Shown: positions 50,909 to 64,000 of the stretch, one piece after another | How positions within the stretch are numbered: position 1 is the first letter of the stretch | Layout of the letters: each line of letters starts with the position of its first letter | Assembly (NCBI GenBank): GCA_965637545.1 | Contig: OZ281494.1 | Span: forward strand, 2,046,001-2,110,000 | Direction: 5' to 3' | From: Phallusia mammillata | Taxonomy: Eukaryota | DNA length: 64,000 nt | The notes under the pieces: model-generated | The model's input: only the letters and a program-made list of their open reading frames with translations | Told to the model about the DNA's origin: nothing | The model's database searches: none | Program-made: the position numbers and the translations under genes

Positions 50909-53900
50909 ATGGCTTCAAATGGATCCCCTCCGAAACCGTGGGAAATAAATCGGGGTGCAAGTTTGGGAAACCTGCGTTCTTCTGCTGATATAACTGATAC
51001 AAGAACACCGCCTCCAGTGCCAGCAAGGCCAACACAACAGGTGATGTTTTATATGTATATATGTATTAATTTGACAGCCAATTGCTGATGGATCGAAATT
51101 TATGTTGACAAATGGCAGTAATAATATGTTAAAAAGTAGTTCGCTTTGCTCATGAACCTCCAACAAGCTGTATTTTTTCAACAGAGGTCATCCTTGTACC
51201 AACCATCATATGGTGGATTAGGTGGGATAGGAGGTGTGGGTTACAGTGGACTTGGAAGTTATGGATCCAGTTATGGGCTTGGTATGTTTTGATGCAAAAT
51301 TTTTTACATCTTTTTACTAGTCATGATCCACCAATTGTTCCATCCATTATTTTGTGCCCCATAACATTTAAACATTGCAATTTCCAGCTTGGTGATTGTT
51401 CACTGCCATTGTGTTGCTATTTGTTTTTCTTACCAAGTGAAATAAACTTATTTTGGGAATTACAAACTAGTATTTACTCATACAATCACCAAGCTTGTTG
51501 TTGAACATAAAATATAAAACCTGAAGTTGAAAGTTCACTATGCTGCATTAGAGTATTGTCTAAAAACTAAAGTTGCAGTAACATTGTTTGCCTATTTATT
51601 TGTACAGGAGGCTATGGGAGTATGTATGGAAGTGGAATGTATGGCGGATCAGGTATGTACGGATCTTCATATCGCCCATACGGGTCCACAGGAATGAATG
51701 GAGGCTTTACTCAACAAGCGGAGGACAGCACAAGGCAGGCTTTTCAATCTGTGGAAAGCATTGTCCGTGCCTTCACATCTGTAAGTTCAAAATGTTCAGC
51801 ATTAGTTGTGTGTTCTGTATGAAGCTTAACTCTAAATGCAACATAATGATATTTACATTGAAAAGACATAATGAGTAGATCAAACTGTGGTTTGCCTGGG
51901 ATCTGCCAATCAACCAGCACACACAACATTGCTAACGTTGATTATCACTGCGTCCGAGTAATATAATAATAGTAATCAACAGTGCTTGTTTGTGAAACGC
52001 TGTTGATAAATGAGTTGTTTTCAGGAGATATATATTTTGCCTTTGTTGAAATCACCAGTCTTCTATTACATTTTTATGATTTATTTTGTGTCCACAGGTA
52101 TCTGCTATGCTTGAGTCCACACTAGGGGCTGTGTACAGTTCGTTCCGTGCAGTGTTGGACGTAGCTGACCACTTCTCTCGAGTGAGGGCAACTTTCACCG
52201 ATATACTTTCTTCCATCGCCATTTTCAGGTAATTCAACAAAATCAACATAAAGAATCATTTTTAGACTGAATACACTTACATTACTTTACTTCCTAATGT
52301 GTTGTGATAACCAGTGTAAAAGAATCATTTATACCAAAAACATTAAAATTGCTTTTGCTACTAGTGAGTGGTTGAATTACTCTTGTGTTGTGAAGTCTCA
52401 TGTACTTTTGGTTACTTTGCAGGTTTATAAGATTTCTATACCGCCGTGCCTTGGCACTGCTGAGATTACGTCCATATGATGATGCATGGGATGGAGCTGG
52501 AGGTTCAGATACAGCGGTAAATAATTACTTTGTAACTTCTTGCATAGCTTTACCTCTTCTGTTTAAATTTTGGTTAATGTATTATTTTTTCAGAAAACAG
52601 TGTGCAACCCAAATTCCCAACGGAAGTCATGGCCAATTATGTTATTTGTAGCTGTTGTCCTCGGAGGACCATACCTCATTTGGAAATTATTAAGAGGAAT
52701 CACTTCTCAAAAGTATGTATTTCTTTATCACATAAACAGACAAAAGATAAACATGGCAATCATTGCTCCCTTTACCAACTTCAATACATCTTACGTACAT
52801 AAGTGAAGCGTCGGTTACTTTTTAATAGGGCTGCTGTACAGCAAAACAGACACAGCTTGTTTGTTTGCAACCTCAAGTATATGGACCACTTACCTAATGC
52901 CTCACAAAATACTTGTTTTTCTTTCAGACCGACCACACAATCGTGGGTTACAGGGGAAGGTGATCATGTGATCGCTCGTGCTGAGTTTGACTTCCAAGCT
53001 GATGGTGAAGAAGAATTAAGTATTCAAGCTGGAGAGACGATAGTTCTTGCACCAAAACGTAGGTGTTGTTAATTTGATTTTTACGTCGTTTAACTGTTAA
53101 AACAAGCAGCCCGACATACGTAAATGTATGTAATAAATACATTTGATTGTGGAAATACTGTACAAAGAATTTAAAGAAACACTGATTTACCAAACATGCA
53201 ATTAAACAGAATTTGGTATGAATGTTGTCTGTTGAAATCGGAAAAAATCAAAACTATTAAAACATCCCACCTCATCAAGGGCGTCCACAGGTTTTCGGTT
53301 AGGGGGGGTCAAGGTGGGTTCACTCTGCCCTTTCGGCCGGATGCAAAAATTTTTAATTTCACCGAAAATCACAGGCAGCTGGAGAATTTAGCACAGCACG
53401 AATCGAATGCAAAGGGACGGCAGACCGCACACCAGCTGCGGACCGCTTCTGGAACCGCTACTTTTGTAGTAACACTATATATCATCGCCATGTATTCATC
53501 AATTTTGGAGCCTGTCACCCAAGCCCTTCAGGCAGTCCAACTGAACATGTTAGGTGTCAAGAAGCACATTGACAAACTCGTATCAATGTTTTGTGATCAT
53601 CAGCAAAATGCAGAAACACTTTTTGCAGAAAACATTGATAAAGCGGCATTGAAGTCAGCCGAAGAAATCGGTGTCACCATATATGACCCACGGCAATGTG
53701 TCCTTCAAGTATTCAGAGCAAATACTGATGGCACCAGTGAGAAATACTATCGCCGCTCCATTTACGTTCCTCACATGGACTCTTTAATCCAGTCTCTGAC
53801 AAGCCACTTCTCAGAGACGAACATGCCGGCATTCATGTTATACCGACTGCATCCAGCGCAAATGGAGAAAACTGACTGTTCAGACTACAAAGCCCTGGTC

Positions 53901-55554
53901 AAAACCATACACCAATTCTACAACTTTGACAATTTTCAGCAGGTCGCCATGTCGTGGTATGACATAACCATAAAAGGAAAATTTCCTCAGTCCGAAGACC
54001 AGGAAGAATTGGAATTTGTGGACTTGGTGAAAAATATGGAACTTTTTCCAGCTGTACCTCAAGCAATGATAACATTACTGACCCTCCCCGCCACTACTTG
54101 TACAGTAGAAAGATCATTCAGCACAATGAGGCGGGTCAAAACATGGCTCAGATCAACCATGTCTGACGACAGGCTACCCGGGCTGTGTATGATGAGTGTC
54201 CACAGAAACCGAATAAACTGCGACAAAAATTCGTTCATCCAAAAAGTCATAGAAAAATTTGGCAAAGACCCACGTCGACTTAACTTTTTATTCAAGAACT
54301 GATGAACTAAACTGGTGGCTGATTGTTCTTTTCTGTATGATTCAATGTTACGAACAGCTTCATTGAATTCACGAAATACGAGATGATTTTATCTGAAACT
54401 GTGAATTATCCTTCTTCAGATTTGTGTGAGATAAAGCCAGTGCCCGCACTAGTAATGTGGTTCTGAGAGCACAGGAGCTCAAGTTGTCGAATTTTGCGAT
54501 TACGGGTAGCTCGTAGGTATCTTCGTAAATTAATAGAGGAAGTGGGATACTCCCGAAGAAGGGTGATGATCACAATTGGAGAGCTTGACTAGCCAGTCAT
54601 CACTCGTATCACCTTCACTCCTCCCCCCCCTTTCAGAAAATTGCCTATTTTTGCATGTTCTCGCTTTTTCATTTTTCATACAACAATTTTCCAGGGGGGG
54701 TCAGCTGACCCCATTTGCCCCTATGTGCGGACGCCCTTGCACCCCATAATAGTACACACAATCCCGTATTGTGTAAATCAACATTTAGTGTATTAGATAA
54801 AATGAAGAGTGTTAAAAAATTGTAGATTTGAATCAGTAATGATATTTTGCAGAGTTGCAGCCACGGATTAATGGTTGGGTGATAGGAACAAAAGATGGAA
54901 AGACCACCGGATATTTACCGACTAATTATGTTAAAATCCTTGGCCTTAAGCGAGGAAGGGGAAAGTCCCCTGCAACGCCTCAAACCAATTCAAATCCTTC
55001 AGCTTCTCAACCAGTTGCAACTACAAGTGTAAAGTTACCAACAGTTTCGGAACAAGAGGTACAAAGTTTAGAATGTGGCAGGCAAAATATTTTTATTACA
55101 CAGCAGTAAATGTAAAACCATTCACGGTAAACTGTATTATAAACTTTAAATGTAACATAACAAAGTACAATATATTTCAGGTTTTTGGTAGGCCCTGTTT
55201 TTTTTGCTGAAAAAGCAGCTAGTTTTTGACCAATATATTACTTTGTGAAATATGAGGTTAGGTCTTACAAATGTTTCCAATTAAAAAACATGCTTTAAAG
55301 AATAAAATATCAAAAACTTTTAATAATTGCCTCCACAAATGGAAAAACATGCTTAAGAACACGATGAGGTCTTTGTACAAAAGCTGGTCAATGCAGCATT
55401 GCACGAAAATGTGTAATACGACTTTTAAAAACCTCTCAATAAATCATAAAAAGTGAAAAGAAATGACTTTTACAACAATAACAATTCCTCGTCTTTTTTT
55501 CAGTGGGAAAACATCCACAGCAGCTCACAAAATCCTTCGAGTGCTGATGTATAA
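50909..55554 (+). CDS. PEX13: Peroxisomal membrane protein PEX13, about 377 aa
   Basis: Exons 50909-51040, 51185-51281, 51608-51780, 52098-52228, 52423-52516, 52594-52712, 52928-53058, 54853-55058, 55504-55554 (1134 nt). PPKPWE, YG-rich region, AFQSVESIV, SFRAVLDVADHF, SWPIMLF..GGPYLIWKL, SH3 (ARAEFDF..GYLPTNYVKIL). The last exon is the least certain. Confidence 0.93.
53276..54739 (+). mobile_element. Internally deleted hAT transposon, 1464 bp, in PEX13 intron 7, keeping an open C-terminal transposase fragment
   Basis: TIR CAAGGGCGTCC(A/G)CA. TSD CACCTCAT / CACCCCAT (53268-53275, 54740-54747). ORF to 54302 with YYRRSIYVPHMDSLIQSL and the hAT dimerization signature TLPATTCTVERSFSTMRRVKTWLRSTM. 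N-terminal zinc finger and first catalytic Asp regions are absent. Confidence 0.93.
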
Positions 55555-55657
55555 AAGTTAGCTGCTCTTTCTGTGATGACAATTTTCCGAAGGTGTTCTC
55601 GCCTTCAATGATCTGTTTCACTCTCTTCTTATTGCAACATAATATGGGAGATACTGG

Positions 55658-58371
55658 CTACGTCAAAACATGCAATGTTCCGTCCCAGTCACCAACGGCA
55701 ACCATTCCCGGTATAACAGGATGACACTGCACATCAACACATGATACTTCATCTTTGACCAGTAGTGGAACAGTTCTCATATAATTCCCATTGTTGTGTT
55801 TGTAGCAGACCACAGTGCCGTTTGAACTGCCAGAAATGACAAAATGTCCATCTTTTGTTGTGTCAAAAGCGACTGGGTATTGATTAACCTGTGATACAGA
55901 GAAAAATCAGTTGTGCAATAAATGTAATTTCTTTTATATTGTGACTGGGTTGTGTTTACTATCTGTGTTGGTTACTAAAAACTTTAACTGGTCAAGTTTT
56001 CTCTGGTGAATAATTGCAATATTTACCCAAATAATTTTGGGTAACACTTCGGAATTCAGTAGGCAACAGAACAGATTTTGCTCTTACTGTCATAACATGA
56101 AACCAAAGAGATGGAGAACTATATGTAATTTGCTTTACATTGTGTATGGTTCATCCCTACCTCTATGCAGACTAACACAAAAAGGCAACATTTTAAATTA
56201 CAACTGACAGTTTTGGTTCGTAGCATAATGTTAGGATCTTTCTGGTGAATAAATGAACATTTTCCTAACTAGCAGTATGTCACATTCAATATGGTTTAAA
56301 AATATTAACATTTGCAAATAACAGGAACTGTCTACAATATTATTGTCAGTTATATGAAGCCAAAATAACCGTGCAACTTGCTGTTTCTAACATAAACTTT
56401 ACATACAGTTATGTTCTGCAACTCTGCAGCTCAATTAATATTTTTTACTACTTACAGTATGGTTTTGGTAGCGCACAAATTTGTCAAGTCTGTATGGTTT
56501 CTGAGAACTGAACCTGGCAATGTAGTTTCCAGTGGTTTGAGCAAGAATATTTGCTCCACTTGGATGAACCACAACATACGGGCAAGTGTACCGTTCCTTA
56601 ACAGAGATTGAAGGCATAAAAATATAGGTAGAATTTAAGGTTCCATGGTATAAAGTAAGCAATATATCAGCAACACACTTGAACAAACCTATACTACTTT
56701 TTAGTAACTACTCTTTTACAAAAAAAAAATGAAATTAAATGAAAAATATGAAGATTTGTCCGAACTGTCCCTAAAAGGGGCATACTTTCATTTTGATTAC
56801 CATTTCATAAATATATATAGCTACTTTATCATTGCAGGTTTAAAACAGAAAGAATTTGTAATTATATCTCCAAATTACATGATAAATCTGGCTGGAGAGT
56901 TTTGCGCCTGTTCGCAGATCCCAGACGATGAGATTGTGTTCAGCAGATTGTCGATTGACCAGGTCACTACTGGCGATAAAACTTGTAGAACCAGAAAGAA
57001 AATCAAATGACAAAATCTTGCCGCTCTTGAATTTGTATTTACAAGCTTCCTGAAATGCAAAGTTATTGTCAACAAATGTGAAATCATCAAAGTTGTTTGT
57101 GTTGATTAAAAACATTTGTAATTTGACAAAAGCACATGGCTTATATTACAGGCCCTACATCATTTTCGCAACGACAACACAAAAACTGCAACAAGTGCAT
57201 AAAACATGCAAAGTATTATTTATTATCTTTTAAAGTCTGTGTTACGATCAGTCACAGAAAGCTTGTTTAAAATTAGCAACAAGGCCATGGTTTAATGCAA
57301 AAGTTGAATCAACCAGGCATAGAGCAAATTATCTTTAGAAATAAAATGAATGAACCTTGCCAGTTCTCATGTCAAATGATGCTAGAAATGAATTTTCTCC
57401 TCCAAGCAACACCATGTTGTCATCTCCTTTCCACCATTTCCCAACTGAAAGTTGTTCATCTACTTTTAACCTAAGTTGAGTAAAATGACAGCACATCATG
57501 ATTTTTGAGCATAAAAAGCAATGCAATGTTGAATCTCTTTTTTTAGGTAAACGATGGTATGTTGTTTTGCAAAAAGTTTTGGATTTTAACCTGCACCCAA
57601 AAACATTGTTTTGAATTTACAGATTTACTTGTTGCTAATTGTGCCTTGGTTGAGAAAGTCAAATACATTGACATTTCCACTGAATGTGCTTGTGAGAAGC
57701 TGTCGACTTGAGCGTGACCAGTCACAGTGTTTTACCGGCGACGAATGATGTAAAGTTCTTACAAGCCTGAACAAGATGATAGTTTAAACTAGTTCTGTAT
57801 TGCAATTTGTTTTCAAATAAAATACAAGCTTACTTTATTTTTTCATTTTTCATCACATCGTACAGTTTTACAGCATCGTCGCTGCATGTTGACAACAAAT
57901 GACTAAACTTTGGACACCATCGAAGACACCAAACTGGTGATTTTGATATCCGACTTGCTCGAGCAACTTTTCTAAGAAAAAAATAAAATGTTACACATAA
58001 CAGTTGCTGAATATTGTATGATGATAACATTTAACTGTAGGTATGAGTTTCTGCTGCCTCAAAGCTGCAAAAGCCAACTGCAATTATAAACATTTAATGT
58101 TCCATAAATTTACATTTGTTCAAATGTTTTAGTCAAAGTGAAATGTCTTAAAATTGCTATTTTACCTGGGTAGAACACTTCTATAAACCCTATCGTCGTA
58201 GTCCAAGACTGTTTCGTCTGAAATAAACAGTTCCTTTACATCGTTTCGTTCCTCGCTTTCGTTATGATTGACATTGTTGGCTTCACTTCCAGTTTTGCCT
58301 TCAATTTCTTCAGCTTTCCGTCGCTGGAATTTTGTTACATAGGGACGCAGCTTTTTGGCTGGAGGTTCCAT
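55658..58371 (-). CDS. WDR25: WD repeat-containing protein 25, about 379 aa
   Basis: Exons about 58371-58166, 57971-57834, 57766-57629, 57470-57356, 57049-56879, 56596-56456, 55888-55658. Motifs FDMRTGK, LIVWDLRTGAKLSSQIYH|ERYTCP, LAQTTGNYIARFS..PYR, CHPVIPG..GDWDG match my recollection of the WDR25 C-terminus. Confidence 0.85.
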
Positions 58372-59525
58372 TAAAATTGTAAAACGTCTTTAATATCGAA
58401 CGGTTTGCAATAAAAAAGCAAAAATTTGCAGCAAAAATTGCTGGTTCTTGCAAAAATTCCATTTGTTTGCTACGATCTTTGTTGCTTCACGCGTGAGTAA
58501 CCATAAACTCCCAGTTTTTTGTATGACGTCAAAACACACAAAAAATACTTTAAACTTTCCTAAACTTAACTTGCTTAAATATATGAAAGTTTGCCACGTT
58601 TTGAGAAAATTTTTATTGATTCTTAAACAAAATAAACGAAAACAAAAACCGGATTGAGAATAAAAAGTGAAAGAAACGCCGATTTCCGACTTTTTGTTCA
58701 CTCGTACCAAGTTATCGAGTGTTTAAACAGTGTATTTACGTGCTACGAATCGTTGTGAATAAATGTGTCTGTCAAAGCAGGAATTTCTTATTTTACATCT
58801 TCGAAGGTTTCACAAAAGGTTTGCCGGCTGTTGCTAGTTTTTAGCTGATCTCGTTGACTTGATGTTTAAGAAAATGATTATAATTTCGCTGCAGGTTTAT
58901 AGCATTTAACATTAAACTGCTTGAACCGAAATATATCTGTGTCATTATAATTGGTAATTGTAATGTTTTGTGACCTATTTTTTGGAAAAAGAAAACTGTA
59001 CATGAATGAAAAGTTGCACAACAATGTTATTTGGCTTGGATGGTTGCATGTGTAGTATCTTTGTAACAATTTGGTATGCAAAATCTGGAAGTTGAATTCT
59101 TCTTTATTAATGTTGACATATATGTAGCTTTTTTGTTTTTAAAAGCGTATTTATCATTGCATTGTGCAAATAATAGAATCCAAAAAATCGTTTTTGATTA
59201 ACCAACAATAAAGGCAAAATATTGATGTAATAAACCTACATTTTGTGATCCCTGTATATAACATGTAATAATTATCTTTTACCATTACGGTTTGCAAAAT
59301 CCGTAAAAGTTTGTTTGTTGAAAAAATCTTTTGGGACAATTAAATATGTCATCAATTCCAAGAACCGCATTGTACGATAGTATTTACAAAATAACATAAA
59401 TGATTAAAACATATTGGGAATTTTAAAACAGCACTGACCTAAACTAATAGGTTTGTATGTATTGTAGTTGTTTTTAGCAGGACACACATATTACAATCAG
59501 TAGGTTGTTGTTGTGCTGCTTCATT

Positions 59526-62435
59526 ATGGAGATTGATGAACCAAGTGGAACAAACAGCCAAGGTGGCGACTCGGTGAGTTCTTTTGTACAGAAGTTTAAT
59601 TAAGTATTGGGAATTCTGTGGCTTCAAAAATGACGATGAATTAAGTGTTTGATAAATATAATTGTGAATTTTACTGACAAATATAAACCATGTCCTTTTT
59701 CAATATTATGAAGTGATATGTTAAACAACCTTTAAGATGGATTTATATTTCAAGTGACCTGAAATCGGTTTGAAATAATGCCCCTTGAGTGCTGGATTAA
59801 GGTCAAATGTATTTGAGCTGAGAGTGTATTTTGTGTTTTGTGTTGTGTAATTTGGTATGAAATAGTAACAATGTTATAGTTTTGTGACAATCCCATGTTG
59901 CTACATAAAGATAAATATATATATATATGTACGTAATAGAGAGCTACATATAAAGTTGGTGATGCAAATTTGCCAAACTTTGTGAAGTCATTTGTTTATT
60001 TAGCCAGGAAGTTAAAGTGAAGGGAATCTTGCAGTTTCACTCATTTTTACTTTGCATTGAATTTTGACTAATAAAGTGTTAAGTACAGTACTACTGTATT
60101 TTAAAAAGTGCAACTAAATAATATATTGTTTGGTACATCACATATCAGTGGAGTTAAACCAGGTCAGCAGCATAATATGCTCTGTTAACATGTAAAATGG
60201 GTTTCGTTTTTTGAACAAGATGTATTGTTGGCCTGGTTAATGATTACAACATTGCCGTGAATCCCTGCTACAGCAAACCCTAAAACATGTTTGTTAAGTG
60301 ATGAAACTGATCAACAGTTTTAATGACAGATGCTTTGATGGATTGTATAGTACAGTGGTTCTTTTTTTAATCTTTTTAAGGAAATTTAATGTTTTTAGAG
60401 GGAAATTATGTGAGTCAGAAGTCACCAAACTCGGGCCCGTGTGTTGAAATCAACCATTGAAAGTTAATAATTTAAATTCCGCAACAACATGTAAGATTAA
60501 CTTTACCTAGTTTTACAAGGCACATAAAAATCCAAAAATCGTTTGTTACGTCACAGACATTACTAAAAGTATCAATGACTTTGTTATTGTTCGCGAATAA
60601 TTGCATTTGGTCTGTTGATTGTGATGCGATAAATAACTATTGCAAGCACATGAGATTTTTCAAAATCCCACACAATTTACTTACCCACGAAATCACTAAA
60701 TAAGATTGCAGTATATACCTTTAAGGTCCCGACCAAATCGCTTCACATAATTTTTTTTGATTAAAGAATCATTTTTTGTTAATGTTGGGCACAAAACATC
60801 ATTATAAAAATAACAGAGTGGGAAATTCGAACTTGGTGATTTACTTTAGTGGGAAACCACACCAAAAAGGTTAAGAACCACTGGTATAGTAACACAAATG
60901 AAAATCAATGGGTTTTTTTAATGTAAGATGCATTACTATAAATTCTCTCATAAATTTTTATGTGTAAAACATTAAAATTCAGTTTCATCCCATTAAATGC
61001 TAAGTGTTCATAAAATTATCACGATTTCCAAATTTGCATGTCTTTCTGAATTGTTTCTAAAAATAGTATTTAAAGACCCCGGTATGGTCGAGGACAACAT
61101 ATTAATAGTGAGTAATTAGGGTGGCATGTTTTTACTTCATGTTAATGGGCTCTTTCCGAGTAGTCTTGGCAAGCAAATACATCCTACATTTAACTAATTT
61201 GTTGCTAAAGAGGAACAAAAAAAGGCACAATTCTTTGAAATATTTAAATTAATGCATGTTTCAGAAAGGAGGGGATATGTGAATGTTCATTACAGTTTTG
61301 TTGACAGCAAGTTTTTGTGCAGGACAATTAGACTTATCTTGGTTAAATGTATTTTCTGTGGAAGTTACATGTTAAATGTGAATAAAAGATTGTTGAAGTT
61401 ATGCAGATATACATAGTTTGTTATGCAGATATAATGTGAATAAAAGATTGTTAAGGCATGCAGATATACATAGTTTTGTAGATACACATGTGTATTAATA
61501 GCTGCAACATGTTATCCACTGGTACTTCCGGATCAAATTCAGATGTAGGAAACAACAATTGTGGCGTATGTATGATGGCTGTGTTGTCCTTACTTGTGTT
61601 TTGTGCATACCAAACATTGCCCTATCACTATTCCAAGCACGCAGAGTTCACAGCAGTGAAGTAACGGCCCAGTTAACATCTCAGTGATACTCTGTTACCA
61701 CAGTTTGATTGACAGGCCATAGTGCCAGTGAATTGTTAACAAGCAAACTTGAGGAGATAATTGGTTAACATCATTATTGAAAAAAAATGTGTTTCCTAAG
61801 CTATACAATATAATGTTGGGGCATTTAATTGTGTGTTGCAGAAACATCGAAAATGTATCTTTGAAATATAATTTTTTTAAATGCCTGAAACGTAAAATAT
61901 TAATTGGTAACCATTGTATCATTGTCTGTTTGTCAAAACACTGACTAGTGCTTTTGTATGAAGCTTATTTGAAAGCTTTTTGATTCCCCTTTGTGGATTA
62001 TAAAACTTGTCACCTTTTGTTCTTACTGGCCTTTATCTTTTATACTCCAGGGCGGTGATTCTTGAACTGTGTGCCAATAGATTTATGAAATATCAACAAT
62101 GATAACATTTGTTTTAACTATTTTGTGTTTTTAACCTTCTAAATGTGCTGCAGAAAATTATTTTACTGTGCACAAGTATTTCTGTTGTTATCAGTTTGTG
62201 CAAGCTTTAAAAGTTAAAGAAACACTGCTCTAAGCAATGGGGCAAATATACAATAAACATTGTATATATATGTAATAGTTCCACAGTGTTTGAAGTTGAT
62301 CATTGTGTTTTCACTTTTCAGGGAGATGGGAAACCAACATATTCCATGCCAGGAATTCTCCACTTCATTCAGCATGAATGGTCGCGATTTGAGATGGAAA
62401 GAGCTCAATGGGACGTAGAGCGAGCTGAACTGCAG
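59526..62435 (+). CDS. STRN: Striatin-family protein, 5' part only (continues beyond the window)
   Basis: Exon 59526-59573 (MEIDEPSGTNSQGGDS, donor GTGAGT) joins phase-0 exon 62322-62435 (GDGKPTYSMPGILHFIQHEWSRFEMERAQWDVERAELQ), the striatin caveolin-binding/coiled-coil start. The paralogue cannot be assigned. Confidence 0.88.
60353..60883. mobile_element. hAT/Charlie-type MITE, 531 bp, in striatin intron
   Basis: TIR CAGTGGTTCTT at both ends (right end AAAAGGTTAAGAACCACTG). Perfect TSD GTATAGTA (60345-60352, 60884-60891). Confidence 0.88.
61376..61476. repeat. Short local duplication (~44-bp unit, twice)
   Basis: ATGTGAATAAAAGATTGTT..AAG..ATGCAGATATACATAGTTT occurs at about 61376 and 61434. 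Confidence 0.6.
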
Positions 62436-64000
62436 GTGGGTATTTATTTATGTATTTGTATGTTTGTTTCTGACAAGATTAATCCTCTATGTATTGTTTA
62501 GAAGTGATAAGCTCAAATTGCTTAGATTGGAATAGCAGGTTTGGGACAGGGGTGCCAAACTGCCAAGTCCATTCAGATTTTTAAAAACTGGCATATGTCC
62601 AAACACTAATAGACGCATACATATATATAGTTTCATATCATTTCAAATTTGGTCCCATTTAAAGAGCTGCAGATTTTCTTATTTCTAAGGAGACTATTTG
62701 TTTGCAATGCAACTTATACAAATAAGCTGTTGCTGCCAGGAATAATCTATAAACAACACTTCCATCAGTTTTCGATTTTTGACATCCCATAAATCAAGAG
62801 TATATTACTTTTTTATGTACAATTTCACAAACAAATGGCTCTTCTAGCTTTAAAGATTGACGTCTTCTGGGTTAGGGGATAGTTGTTACACATACAGTTA
62901 ACATAATGGGGTCAAATTACAACAGTTAGCTTTGTTTGTTTGGGAGGCATTCATTTCTCAGCAGTTTATGTGGTAGAGCAAGAACTAAACCTGCCAGCTG
63001 TGATTATTAATCATGTCACATACAAATTTGTAACATTGAAAAGATATATATATATATAAAGTGAAACTACAGTTGACCTTGATTCATACTCATCTACTCT
63101 ATTGGTTTTATTTTAATATTTAAATGCACCTAAGGTTATTTGAAAGTTCATGACCTGAGTAATATCAATTGAGTGTCAATACAAATACATCACCAACATA
63201 TATATATGCAGTTACATAAATCTAATGCATTATATATATATATATACATTTAAAGACACATATACAAATTAATGTAAGGATTATTTTCATACAAACTGAA
63301 AAATTTGTAAGCTTTGGTACTAACATTCAAGTATATATAATACATTGTTTCAATGTTTCTGAACAGTTTTTAAAAAGTTTATTTTGATTTTGACTAAAGT
63401 GTTTTGAACATGTTACACCATTAGGTTGTAGATTCCAAGCTTTTTTTGTGTTATTTTCAAAGCAGCCACTGTGACTTGCTTGCTACAACCTTAAAACAAG
63501 CCATAAGACTAAAATGCTTAATTCTAATTTAGATAAATGAGTAGGTCATGCATGACTAATCCGTCAATATTTATCCTATGTCTGTTAAATTAAGATGTGC
63601 ACATGTATAACCCAGTTTAAAGCATATTAGCATTTGTGTTTTGAATATGGTTTTTGTTTTTCACCACAATGTCCCTCTATTTTCCTCCTTTACCGCTGGT
63701 TTGCAGTGAGTGGTTTTTGGCCACATGTTGCGTGACACATAATTTATTAATGGACTTGTGTCCCAGGCAATAACAGGGAGACATAAATTGCTTAGAAGTA
63801 ATAGAGTCTGTTGGCCAGTTCCATTCCCTAATGTTTACAATATAATCACCTTTTCCCAAACTTTCAATTTGTTTTAGCAATGCCTTTATTAAAATTTCAT
63901 GATCTGTAAAAATAAGTTTTGGAAATATTGCTACAAAACATTATAAAGTTTTTAAAATGAACTCTAAAATATATTAACTTTAAATGTGTTTTTTTTGTAA

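Noticed and set aside
62547-62561. Charlie-like TIR CAGGGGTGCCAAACT
   Set aside because: No partner TIR or TSD found within the window.
1-64000. CRISPR arrays, rRNA or prokaryotic/phage systems
   Set aside because: No regularly spaced repeats or rRNA-like sequence; all genes are spliceosomal eukaryotic types.

Overview
Eukaryotic, AT-rich, gene-dense animal DNA with short GT-AG introns. It is most consistent with an invertebrate chordate such as an ascidian (inference from gene content, compactness and acceptor-like sites just before start codons; no database search was possible). By following splice sites and frame I could build models for Dispatched (minus, 6 coding exons, one 13.3-kb intron), PGAP1, CRLF3, VPS45, PEX13, WDR25 and the 5' part of a striatin. 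Three less familiar genes are also present: a TKL/RIPK-like pseudokinase, a RIPK-like kinase fused to a C-terminal TPR-like domain, and a 6-exon C-type lectin that is largely invisible in the ORF track. The window starts inside a degenerate partial duplicate of the Dispatched 3' end. Seven hAT-type DNA elements are delimited by TIRs and 8-bp TSDs. The most notable observations are: (i) a possible kinase-TPR/pseudokinase pair sharing an intron position, with a Ca2+-independent-type lectin and CRLF3 nearby; (ii) asymmetric divergence of the Dispatched duplicate and a perfect antisense splice donor at its breakpoint; (iii) a polybasic furin-site tract and a D-to-N change in the TM4 acidic motif of Dispatched; (iv) a candidate 6-nt micro-exon; (v) a possible VPS45-PEX13 operon. 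All exon models were made by hand and need RNA-seq confirmation.
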